Shown here: piece after piece, positions 12,978-24,829 of the stretch | Position numbering within the stretch: the first letter of the stretch is position 1 | How the letters are laid out: the number at the start of each line of letters is the position of its first letter | Source: the human T2T-CHM13v2.0 reference genome, Homo sapiens | Length of the DNA stretch: 64,000 bases | Assembly (NCBI RefSeq): GCF_009914755.1 | Contig: NC_060930.1 | Strand: one strand, 5' to 3' | Notes under the pieces: generated by a model | Told to the model about the DNA's origin: nothing | Seen by the model: the letters and a program-made list of their open reading frames with translations, nothing else | Databases searched by the model: none | Made by a program: the position numbers and the translations under genes

Positions 12978-13440
12978 TGTACTAGTTTCCTGTAGCTACT
13001 ATAATAAACTACCATAAATTTGGGGGCTTAAAAACAATAGAAATGTGCTCCTTCACAGTTCTGGAGGTCCAAAGTCTGAAATCAAGGTGTTGGCAGGACC
13101 ATGCTCCCTTGGAAGACCCTGGGGAGAGTTCTTCCTGCCTCTTCAAGCTTCTGGTGGCCCAAGGTGTTCCTTGGCTTGTGGCTGCACCATTCCAATCGCT
13201 GCTTCCATCTTCACATGGTCCTCTCCTCTTCTCTCTGAGTGTTCTCCTCTTCTGTCTCTTTAAGGACAGTTGTCATTGGATTCAGAGCCCATCCAGATAA
13301 TCCAGAGTAAACTCATCTTGAGGTCCTTAACTTAGTTATCTCTACAAAGACCCACTTCCCAAATAAGGCCACACTCACAGATTCTGGGGGTAAAGATCTG
13401 GACATGTCTTTTGGGGGTAGCCACCATTCAGTTCACTATG
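12978..13440 (-). mobile_element. MLT1C-like ERVL-MaLR solo LTR
   Basis: tgtactagtttcctgtagct...cacagttctggaggtccaaagtctgaaatcaaggtgttggcagg...ccaaataaggccacactcacag. Confidence 0.9.
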
Positions 13441-15959
13441 CTCTCTTCTAGTAATGCTGTTCACCCCTATGCAGAAGTTGAATTACTGTAGTTTGGATAT
13501 TGGATGCTGGATGTTTGGTTGGCATCGGAGGTACAAGATGAATGAGGCATGCTTCCCACCCTACAGAAGTTCTTCATCAGGTAAATCAGACACAAGTGCA
13601 AATAGGTCATTATACTACAACATAACAGATGCTATTTTTGTATAGGAAAAGTCCCATCACTCATGAATTCTATGGCCCATTTCCCTGAGAATTCTCATAT
13701 TCCAAGCAGTGTCACCTTCCTTTTTGTTCATATGTCACTGAATCTGCTTAATCAGAAAAATGAATACTGGTGGGGAAATGGGGGTGGGAAGGGGGACAAG
13801 GGAGATTTATTCCCTGGAGAAGTCTCTGTAGGCAACATATGTCTGTCTGAATATTAGGAATAAGAGTAGACATTTGACAAAAACACTACACTGGGAGTAT
13901 AATGCTTCTGAGGTCTGAGCAGAGAGCATCTCAGAGTCAGAAACAGCTCACACATGGACAGAAGTGATGGCTCCCTGAAAAGGCCTCCATGGATTTGCGC
14001 ACAAATCGACGACCACTTGGATGGACGCCAAGAAGCAGCCTCACTCCTTCACTCTTGAGTTGTTTAAGCATTTTAATACTTTACTCATGCGGGGCTGTAT
14101 CTGAGACCTGTGTGAAACCTTGCATGTTTAGTACTCCAGATAGGAGATGGGTTGGTTTAAAGACAGGGAAACAAGGCCAGCACTTCACTTCAAGACCAGT
14201 CATCCTAGCATCCTTTCCCAAATGTTCTATGTAGCGAGGAGGGTGGGGTTGTGCAGGACGCTATTCAGGATGATAAGGATACTGGGTGGAGAGAAAGCAA
14301 ACAATGCTTTGTGCAGTGATTCTATAAGATTCCTATCTCACAACAGAGATTCCTTTCTGAGGCTAAAGTCTTCCATAATCTAGGGGGCAAACTGTGGATA
14401 ATGTTCGGCCTTGAAAGCTGGTGCCTACAGGCATCAGGGAGCTGGGTAAGAAGACAATGTGCAAATTGGCTGGAATAGTGAGATTCAAAAATAGAACTCA
14501 ATGTTGTTTACTACAGTGAGTCCTACACTCTACTTTTTAAAAACATACATGGTATCTTGTAGTAAAATGAATTTTCTTATGATTATTTTCATAGTTGAGA
14601 GTCACTGAATAAGATTTAGATGAACCATCTGAAATGAGCCTTTATCTTGTGTCCTGCTATTATCTTTCAAAAAAGGATTGCATCCTGGAAGAGAGTTTCA
14701 AAATAGTTAGCAAGAACCCATCAAAGAAAGTTCAAAGCACAGCTACAAAATTGTCTAGAAAGCCAGGCTTTGGTGACTCTGCCCAGTAAAGAACTTTTTC
14801 TGCATGAGATGCATGGCAGTTGAAAAATACCATGTTGCCAATTCTAATCTCCGCTCTTCAAAATGACTTCTGTTAAGTTCTGAGTATAACATTTTGACAA
14901 ATAAGAACAATAATAATAATTGTTATACCGTCCCCAGTACTATAAAGGATAATACCTCCATCTACCTGATTTTACTGCCGAAAAATATTATGAAGGGAGT
15001 GAGGAGTTGACCTAGCCAACTGCTAGGTTCTCTCAGCCTACACTTTAGCCAAAAGAGGGCAATTTGTGCTGACCCTATCTAGTCCTTGAAGTTCAGGGTG
15101 ACTCCAGTGAGACATGGCATTACATTATAGAAGTGAGTCTACCACACACACAACAAAAGCTTCTGATTCATTTATGCTTCCTAATTCAGTCTATTAGAAA
15201 AATCAAGAAACTCTATCCTTCAAAATATAGAGAGAAATGCACGGGTAAATTCTGTCTACAGATCTCATTTAAGAAGTCAGTGTTATGATGCACTGTTAAG
15301 CATATACAGTCCCCTTTGTTCTTCCAGGATTGATTTTTTCACAACGTTTTAATAACAAACATTTCATGAGGGCCTACTATGTGCCAGGCATTGTGCTAAG
15401 GATTAGAGATGGGGAACGTAGAATACTGAATAAATTAGAATATAATGTGATAATCGATATTACAGGAGAACATTCAAAGTATTGTCAGAGAAAAACCTAG
15501 TAAGATGTTCCTTAAATTTATAAGACAGAGAAATAAAATAGAAATAAGGATTAAAATATAAGCACTCTAAGCTGTTGACTGAAGGAGCCGGATCTCTTGG
15601 TCCAGACATTCTAAACGTCTGTGAAAAGTTTCTTCCCTTTTGTTCCTGATTAGAGTGAGCTCTTTTTAGTTTCCATAGCTTCTAAAGTCATCTCCTATCG
15701 CCCAGCTCTTAAATGGCAAACTGTTTAAATTTAGCAGTCTTTATGTGCAGGAAAAGCCAATATAATCCAAACCTCCTGTTTAAAATTCCTGGAAAGTAAA
15801 AGCCAAATCTTTCCCACCTCGCAGTCTGAACCGATCACATTCTGTATCCATACCCGTATCAGATGATTGTTCAGAAGAATACCAATTAGAGCCCCTTAGA
15901 GGTTGCATGTCCACCCCCTCCACTGATGGACTACTCCTTCGACAATACCCCTGGTGGAT

Positions 15960-16120
15960 GATCTGCCGCATCTATTTTCCCACTTGCAATGGAGTGCTCA
16001 GGGCTTTATGTGGCAGCCTGCTTCATCGTTGGCCAGCCCTAGTGATTAAAATCTTCTTTATGACATCAAACCAGACTTTCCTTCCTGAGAACTCCCACCC
16101 ATTGGCACTATAGCTCTTCT
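15960..16120 (-). mobile_element. L3/CR1 LINE fragment
   Basis: ggcagcctgcttcatcgttggccagccctagtgattaaaatcttcttt...aactcccacccattgg resembles the antisense L3 3' end. Confidence 0.55.
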
Positions 16121-16586
16121 CTATAGCAGACTAAAAGAAACCACTGGAAGGAAAATTTAAGGGTGTCTTATTCAGTCAACAACTAACAATTGCAACTAGA
16201 AGACATTTCAAAAATGAATTCAAGGAAAGATCAAATAGACTATAAAGAAGAGGGAGAATAAAATGAAGTGGCTTCCTAACCAACGCTTCTCAATCTTGTA
16301 TTCAGGACATAGCAAATACAGGGGGGAAAATATCCGTAAGACATACTGATGAAAATGTGGAGGATGTGTACAGCCAGAAAGGACCAGCCTGGGGCCTGTG
16401 ACCAGCCTACATGTCCCTGCTGCTCTAAGCTGAGCCAACTGTGTCCTCTCCACCATCCAGGCCTGCCCCAGGAAAAGGGTTCCAAATTTCAGTTACACCA
16501 GTGCAGCTGCCCTGCCCTGAGCGAGATATGGGCACGGCAAGAACAAACTGCAAGAAGGCCCCACTGGTCAGTCCATTTTCACCTTA

Positions 16587-17034
16587 TGTAGCAGGTTGAA
16601 TGGAGGCCTCCCAAAGATATGTCCACATCCCCAAACCCTGAATCTAACTTTATTTGGAGAAAGGATCTTTGCAAATATAATTAAGAATGTGGACATGAGA
16701 TCATCCTCAATTATATAGGTAAACCCTAAATCCAAAGACAAGCGTCCTTATCAAAGACCCAAAGAGGAGAGGCTGACGGAGAGAAGAAGGCCATGTGAGG
16801 ACAGAAGCACAGATGGGAGTGGGGCAGCCATGAGCCAAGGAACATTGGGAGCCTCCAGAAGCTGGAAGAAGCAAGGAAGGATTCTCTCCTGGAAACCTCT
16901 GAGGGAGCGCCAGGTCCTGCTAAAACCTTGATTGCAGATCTCTGCCCTCCAGAACTGTGAGAGAATACATTTCTGTTGTTTTAAGCCACCTAGTTTGTGT
17001 TGATTTGCTACAAAAGCTCTGCAAGACAAATATA
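16587..17034 (+). mobile_element. MLT1C-like ERVL-MaLR solo LTR
   Basis: tgtagcaggttgaatgg...ccagaactgtgagagaatacatttctgttgttttaagccacctagtttgtg; 5-bp TSD cctta on both sides. Confidence 0.9.
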
Positions 17035-17379
17035 CCTTAACTTGTTTTCAAGGACAAATTACATCCTTAAGGTCCAGAGAGCCAAATCATACCATTATCA
17101 AACTTTCTCACAGGTTTCTTTTATTTTCTCATGGGTCATACCTCTGATTAATCAATTGGTCAACAACCATGCTTAAAACCTACCAAACTGGTCTAGCAAG
17201 GAAAAGAAAATGGAACCAGAAAAGATCTCTAAACATGTCCTTAAGGTTTTCACTGGAATTCATTATTAACATACAAGTAATACATCTTTGGGGTTGTCTG
17301 TCCTCAACAATTTAATCTCCTTTCTCTGAAAATCATACCCCACCATCGTAGGATTGAGCCCTAAGACATGTTTGAACAC

Positions 17380-17650
17380 TTGACCCCCTCCTCACTCCCC
17401 ACTAGACTGGTTATAATTGAATGGATCGGGGTGCACCTTGACCCAAGCTGGACCAATTACATTTTCTCTCCTGGAAATTGGAATGAAGGTAGTTAGGCTA
17501 ATGGGGCTGGTTGGGTGCTAGAGGACAAGTGAACTCGGCAGCTTAAAGGAGGCCATCTCCTGCATTTTTACAGATGCAGAAAATCACTCTGGAGAGAGAA
17601 GAATAGGAGAAATGCCAGAGAAAAACAAAGATCAGAGACAAAAAGAAGGT
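17380..17650. mobile_element. Old ERVL LTR fragment (LTR16/LTR33-like)
   Basis: tgacccaagctggaccaattacattttctctcctggaaattggaat motif typical of these LTRs. Confidence 0.4.
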
Positions 17651-18094
17651 CCTCTCTGGGTCCCTCATTACTCCCCAAGCCCTCATTATAGTCTCTCAAA
17701 AAGCCCTATAGCACTAAGATTCTGTGCCACACACCAATGTCCTTCCTGCCCCTTCTGTTTGAGTGACAGGTATATCTATTTATCTGTCTTCATATCTCTA
17801 AAGATAGCTATGTATCTACACTTATATGTAATACATATGACATTTCTTAACCAGGCACAAAATAATTTTGAATCTAAACACTTAAGGAACTTTTAAGCCT
17901 TGCATCCTTGTTTCAAATAAATTGTTAATTTTATTCCACCCATTATCCATTAAATTAGAAATTAATAGGTGTTTATTGCATGCATACTAAGGATGATTCT
18001 GAAGAATTTTTTGAAAGTCCTTTCTTTCCCTTGAAGTCTTTATATTCTAATTAAGATAAAATACACACGGTGACCTAGTGCTCCATATCTCACC

Positions 18095-18490
18095 TTGTCA
18101 TAATTACTAGTAGTTTTCAACCTTTGTACACTGAAAATTTCTGTATACTCCATCCATTCACACATTGTACATTGACACCTCTCAACCAGTTCTTGTATGC
18201 CAAATTCAAATCTGTATAAATCAGCTGGAAAATGAACATTCGGAGCTATTGCATGATGGTGCTGTCAGCCAACAGTTGAGTTCGGGTGATGTTGCCATTT
18301 TTGTCTGAACAGCAATGTTTCTGCAATTAATTGAAAATTTTTATTGCGTTTTCCCCCTATGGTTTTATAAAAATAAGTGGAGAAATGGAAAAGCTCTGAA
18401 ATTTAATTCTTATGAACTTAACACCATCAAGATAAGCTGAAAGTTGAGCAATCTAATGTGGATTTAAAGCTGCGAAGGAAAATAACAAAA
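18095..18490 (+). mobile_element. MER121 ancient conserved repeat
   Basis: cacctctcaaccagttcttg...catgatggtgctgtcagccaacagttgagttcgggtgatgttgccatttttgtctgaacagcaatgtttctg...ttttccccct...aagtggagaaa...ctgaaatttaattcttatgaactta...ctaatgtggattta matches the recalled MER121 consensus over ~350 bp. Confidence 0.85.
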
Positions 18491-18863
18491 CTAAGAAACT
18501 TTTATGAGATGCTGTAACTATTCCTTGATAGACTGGATCTGAAAGCAGAGGTATGATTAGGGATTTGATCTTTTTTATAGCCTTTTAGGAAGGGAATTCC
18601 TTCCTCTTCTATTGTTCTGCTTTCACACATTCCTACGAGCTGGAAGTTTTCAGGAAGTCTTTGCCTATTAAGGTAGTGACCTGCCATGGTCAGTACAGGT
18701 GTGGGTCGGATCTTGACACAGTCTTCCACTCCTATGTATTTCTGAAGCTTCAGGATAAGGTCAGGAAGGCACTTTCCTTGGGCTAACTCTCCTACCCCCG
18801 AATTTTATAATTCATTCATCATGTCTTCCTGCTGTAGTTCTACAATTAGCGCTTTGGTCTAGT

Positions 18864-19050
18864 CCAGTGGTTCTTAATCAGCAACACTTTTGCCCCAAGG
18901 AGACATCTGGCAATGTCTGGAGGCATTTTTGATGGTCACAAATAGCAGGGGTTATTCCTGGGGTTTAGCAGGCATCAGCTAGGGATGCAGCCCCCCACCA
19001 CCGTGAATTATCTGGCCCAAAATGTCACTAGTGCTGCCACAGTTGAAAAA
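18864..19050 (+). mobile_element. MER20 (hAT-Charlie MITE)
   Basis: cagtggttctt...catctggcaatgtctggaggcattttt...gaattatctggcccaaaatgtca. Confidence 0.85.
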
Positions 19051-19155
19051 ACAAACAAACAAACAAAAGAAACCACTAGCTCCTAAACTCTGCTTTTAAT
19101 TTCTATTTTAAAATTCCTTGACTCCAACTGACTCACATCTCTCTGGATCATGGGT

Positions 19156-19590
19156 TGTATTAGTCTATTGCATCGCTATAAAGATACACCTGAGGCTGGG
19201 CATTTTATAAATAAAAGAGGTTTCATTGGCTCATGTTCTGCAGGCTGTACAGGAAGCATGGTGCAGGCATGTGCTCCTGGTGAGGGCCTCAGAAAGCTTC
19301 CAGTCATAGCAGAAGGTGAAGAGAGAGCCGGTGCATCACATGGCAAGAGCAGGAGCAAGAGAGACCAAGGGGTAGGGTGTGCCACATTCTTTTAAACAAC
19401 CAGATCCTACCCACACCCTACTCTTGAACTCAGAGTGAGAGCTCACCCAGTTTTTGGGAGGACAGCACCAAGACATTCATGAGGGATCTGCCCCCCATGA
19501 CCCAAACACCTCCCACCAGACCCCACCTCCAACATCAGGAGTCACATTTCAACATGAAATTTGGAGGGGACAAACATCCAAACCCTATCA
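19156..19590 (-). mobile_element. MSTB-like ERVL-MaLR solo LTR
   Basis: tgtattagtc...ataaaagaggtttcattggctca...catgagggatctgcccccatgacccaaacacctcccacc...ggacaaacatccaaaccctatca. Confidence 0.93.
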
Positions 19591-19659
19591 TAGATTTTCC
19601 TAATTGGGGTGCTGTAAGTGACTATGCACATAGAGATGGAGATGAAATCAGAAAGAAAC

Positions 19660-19880
19660 TGAGTAACAGCCGTTATTCGCTGAGTATTTACTTCAAGCCA
19701 GCCAAGCACATTACCATAGGTAATCCTCCTAACAGCCCTAAGAGGTAGGTCTACTGTCATCCTCATATTACAGATGGGAGAGCCAAGGCTAAGAAGGTTA
19801 AATAACATGTACAAAGTCACAGAGGTCTTTAGAGACTGAGCCAGGATTGGAAATCAGGCAGTCTGACTCAAGAGCCGGAA
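19660..19880 (-). mobile_element. MIR SINE
   Basis: taatcctcctaacagccctaagaggtagg...atattacagatggggagccaaggct...caggcagtctgactcaagagcc. Confidence 0.8.
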
Positions 19881-20934
19881 GAACAGACTAGGTAGATGAA
19901 TGAAAAGCCAGAAAAACAGATAAGGTTCCAACACAAAACGTAAAAGAAAGGAGAAAAGGAGAACTAGGTAGAGACACACATGGAGCAGGTCCCGTGGGTC
20001 AGGAATACAGTTCACACTGGATTCCTCAGGGTTCTTTATGCCAACGCAGTTGAGAAATAGCAGTTCCGAGCACTGAGACTCGAATCTCAAACCTTGGTTC
20101 CCGCTGCAGCCCTGCTGTTTTAACGCTGTCCCACCGTGGCTTTATCACTGCATGTGGAGAGACTTTTCCCCCCGCTCAGACTCATTAAATTCTGTTAACC
20201 AGAACTTGTTTCATGCAAAAGCTGCAGAACTGTGAAGAGGAGCTGAAAGCATGTGGTATGTTTAAATATGCTAGAGCAATATGCTGACCAGCGAGGTTTG
20301 TTTATTAAAATTCTTATGCGGGGTGAAGCTCAAATGAGCTTATGTCAGCTAGTTCATAGAGAGGCCCTGTTTTCAAGATTAGGCTGCTGTTTGTCTTCTT
20401 TACGGAGCTGACAGAGGACATTCTGGAGAATATAATACATTATGCCAAAAACATCTGTATTATAGAAAATCAACAATGAAGAGCAACAGCTCCAAATGGA
20501 GCTAGTACTTTGAAAGGCGTTTATCTGTCAAGAGATTAAACTGCTATTTTCATCTACGGAGGAAACTAGAGGAAGTGTAAACCAGTTTAAGAACAGCAGA
20601 AACTAGCCTACTTTTTTCTGCCAAGTTATTTTTGCACATTCAGGAAGACACAGGATGGGTTTTTGTTTTGTTTTTAATCAAACTGAAGAAAATACTTAGA
20701 GAGCTATCTTTTCTCAAATCAGAGTACTCAGAGCTGAATGTTTTCCTTATTCTTTTCCCCATAGAATATATGCCTCTGAATGAGACCCAATGGATGAAAG
20801 GGGTTTGCTTCTCATAAGGAAGTGGCCTCTTACTGTCCTATTTTAAAACCCCAGAGTGTCACAGGCTTACTCAGATGAGACAGGTCGCTGGCAAACAAAT
20901 GATATTTGTCACCAATTCCTGCATCAGGGTAATG

Positions 20935-21645
20935 AGAATAATAAGAAGAAGTGCCTAACATATATTAAGCATTTTCTATCACTAGGTGTTTTATTATACA
21001 TTCATTATTTCATTTAATCCTCACATCTCTATGAGTTGGGCACCAAAATGATCTACTTTTTAAAAAATCTTATTAAAGTATACCACACATACAGAAAGTT
21101 ACACATATTTTAAGTATGAAACTCAATGAATTTCACACACTGAACTGGCCCGAGTAACCATCACCCAGAACAAGACACAGAATACCTACCTCCAGGCCTC
21201 TCATGCCTCCATCCAGCCGCACCCCTCAGGGGCAAGCACTATCCCAACGTCTAATCACATAAAGTCGTTTCCCCAAACTTTCAACTTTAAATAAATGCCA
21301 TTTTACAACTTCCCCTTTCATATCCAGCTTCCTTCACTCAACATTATGCTTGTAGATTCATCCATATTCTTGTGAGTAGTTGTATTGTGCTGTTGTACTG
21401 TGGATTGTGTATAGTTATAGATTATTAATCCTTACAGTTGTAGAATATTCCATTATAGAAACACACCACAATTTATTTTTTCTATTTTATTGATGATGGG
21501 TTTGCGACCATTTGAAGGTTAAGGTTAAGGTTTAAGCTTAAGAATACTGAGACCCAAGATGTTAAAAATAACTTACAAACCTAGTAAATGGTGGATCCAG
21601 GATTACAACTGAAGTTGGCTTAACTCCAAAGCTCATGCTGTGAAG
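20935..21645 (-). mobile_element. MIR interrupted by an old L1M 3' end (~21057-21515)
   Basis: MIR halves (catttaatcctcac... / gaatactgagacccaag...aactccaaagctcatgct) flank L1M-type sequence tattaaagtataccacacatacagaaagt...ttccattatagaaacacaccacaattta. Confidence 0.7.
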
Positions 21646-22865
21646 CACCATGCTGCACTGTCTTTCAGAAGAGCAAAGCTTGCAGGGACCTCTCCTTGAT
21701 GGGTCGAAAGGTCTTTTGTACAAATAATTTGGGGGGCCCGTGGGAAGAAGATATTTGAATAACGTGCCACAAGTCCAAATCCACCACCTCTACAGAGCTC
21801 TTTGCCTTTGGGCATGTCTCTTTGCTTCTGATTCCCATCACTTTTTCTCTTTTCTTTTACTTTGATTGACTGTTCCAATAGCCCTATCAGCATTGTGGGA
21901 CTTAACTGAGTAGCAGAGCCTGGAAACACCTCATTGCATCTGAAACCTAGAGAAGACGCTGGATGTAAGACACATACTTACAGCAACAGCCACTGACAAG
22001 GTGAGCACTCTGATGGATACCTGAGTGAAGAAGAGTATGGAGCGTGTCCAAATTCAGTGTACGTGTACATTCTAACTGGTGTGTTGGCTCACCTGTCTTC
22101 CTCTCTCTCATGTTTTTCCTACAAATAGTTGATTATGCTGATGCCAGATCATTCTGATGATAAGCATCTATTTGGCACATCCAGTAAACTGATCCATCAT
22201 AAGGATAATTGTATTCGAATTAGCATTCATATTTTTTACATGCTTTTAGGAGGAAATGGAAAGGAAAGGAAAGGAAGAAAAATGATACTTTCAAGGAATC
22301 ACTTAGAGATAGAGGAAATATCAATATTTGAGCTCTTCTAACGGTTTGCTCTCTTCAAATGGATAGAAATCCAATGAAGAGGCTCTGCTCAGCTCAGTAA
22401 AGACAGAACACATCTTAGGCAACCTTTTCAGCCCAAGCTTTGGATTTTTCCAACCCTCACAATCAGAAGTGACTGTGGTTGGACTGAGGAGAGCAGGCTC
22501 AGAGAAACTCAGGCAAACCTCAAGGAACACTTTCAGCCCAGCTCTCACTCACTGCATCTCAGCCCAGCTCTCTGGTGTTTTCCTGCAGATGGGCACAGAA
22601 TCATGTGCCTAGTAGGTTATCTGGCCAGTTGACAACTGATCATGCAGCAAATGCACGATTACTGTAGGCCAATGAACATTGCTTGCTAAGATGAGAGAAA
22701 TCACTGGATCAGCTGAGGTCTGAGCCAGTGTGTCACTTCTATAAATACTGTTGCGGTTTCCAGGTACAGCACCAGAAGAAACCCATCTTTGCTTTACAGA
22801 GTCTCTAGATCCTTGTCTTCTCTTCTGTGTCCTCTGATGGAAGGAAGAGGCTGCCAGCACCAACT

Positions 22866-23286
22866 ACCTTCAATTGCCAGGGCTGCTGTAACAAAGTACA
22901 ATAGATGTGATGGCTTAAACAACAGAAATGTATTGTCTCACAGTTCTGAAGGCTGGAAGTCCAAGATCAAGGTTTAGGCACGGTGGCTTCCCTCTGAGGG
23001 CTGTGAGGGAAAAATGTATTCCAGGCCTCTCTTTGCGGCTTGCAGGCGGCCATCTTCATATTCGCATTGTGTTCTGTCTATGTGTGTTTCTCTCTGTCCA
23101 AACTTGCTTTTTTTTTTTTTTCTAATAAGGGCACTAGTTATATTGGATTAGGGACCAGCTTCATGATCTCACTTTAACTTAATTGCCTTTGTAAAGAGCC
23201 TATCTCCAAATAAGGTCACATTCTGAGGTTCTGGAGGTTAGGACTTCAACATATGGATTGAGGAGAAACACAATTCCACCCGTCGC
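22866..23286 (-). mobile_element. MLT1A-like ERVL-MaLR solo LTR
   Basis: gggctgctgtaacaaagtac...tctcacagttctgaaggctggaagtccaagatcaagg...ttaggacttcaacatatg. Confidence 0.9.
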
Positions 23287-24829
23287 ACCGACACTCACAA
23301 AAATGTATTCTCTTCTCCTCAACACACAGAGTTTAACCCTCCCCAGACTCTCTAGGGTCCACACTCTATAAGCTCTGGTCTCAAGTAAATAACCTTATCA
23401 AAAAGGAGGAGGTGTACTTGACATGGCCCCGCTGTTCCCATTGCTTTGTGGTCTTCTAGTATCTCTCACCACAGAGAATGATGTTTGGGCTGCCAAGATC
23501 CCCTGAGGCCAAACGACTCAGAGGCAGTCCTGTAACTTCCCCTTCACGTGCCTGGTGGCCTCATTCCAAGCCTCTCTCATCACAGATGCAGGTTCATCCC
23601 TCCTTCCTTTTGAGGATTGGACTCCAGCTCCCTTCTCCTCTTCCGCTGCCCTGTGAGCAATCTTTTAAGATCTCACTCAATTCATGTCTTCTGTCACAAG
23701 TGCTTCTCACTCACATCTTCAGAACAGAACAGAACAGAACAGCATCTTGTTCCAGTTTGTTTTACATGGTTTGACAAAGGAAGAAGGACAAGCATTTCCT
23801 CTTTCCATCTGTAATTTCTCCGTAGCTCGCCTAAGCTGCCACTGACAGCCCAGGTCAATGCCTTGGTTTCCTGGGGCTGCAAACTTCTCTTCCAGGAATC
23901 CTAGCTTGGATGCTGCTGCCAGGCAAGGAGAACTGGAATGGCTTGCTGGCATGAATCTTAACCTATCCCTCTTTTCTGGAGGGTACAAGAATCCAGGAGA
24001 TTTCATCTGCAGCTAAATGAGAGGAGAATCAATACTTGATTTTCACTTTCCTGCATACAAATCTCACTTAAAACATTCTGTTTTGTCTCTGGTCCTATTT
24101 TTCATGGAGTCTTTTTTTTTTCACTTTTAATTTTGAAAAGCTACTTCATATCCCCCTCAGAATTCATACAAATTCCTCCTGTTCAATTTAAAAGCAAAAT
24201 CAAATTGCTGGAAGTCACTCACATAGGTAGAAAGGAAGAGATAACGCTTTTGAGAATGACTTGTAAAGGTATTTAAAAATATAACACTTGTCCTCATTTC
24301 TTTAAAAATGTGAAACTTGAGGATTTCTTCTGAGAATGTTGAGGCTGTGAATGGATGGGTGGATAGATGTGTTTCCATTAAGGGACTGGGAAACCATCTG
24401 CAATACCTGGCTTAGTCCTCCTAGGGGACAAATAACATTCTAGTAATAACTCAGGTGATTAGGGAAGCACATACATTCTTTCAAGATGAAAAGTCACTCT
24501 TTACAGCACTATTTGCTAACAGATATAATTACTATCTGCAATTAACTGATGAAAAACTATGGGGAAGAAAGAGAATGGATGTGCAAGTGCCTAGCCCCAC
24601 CCCAAGACATAACTCTCAATACATGTTTACATTATGCAAATCTTAATTGGTATTGAAAAGTCAAAGACAAAGGCGGAAACAAAACGCCTACTTGCTAAGC
24701 CAGTGAAATTCATTTCATTAAGCAGCCTGGTTTTCCACATCAAAATATAAATGTGTCTTGCTCCAATTAGTAGATATCATGCAAAAACAAAAGAGTTCAA
24801 AATATTTGGATATATACTTTTGTAATTCC

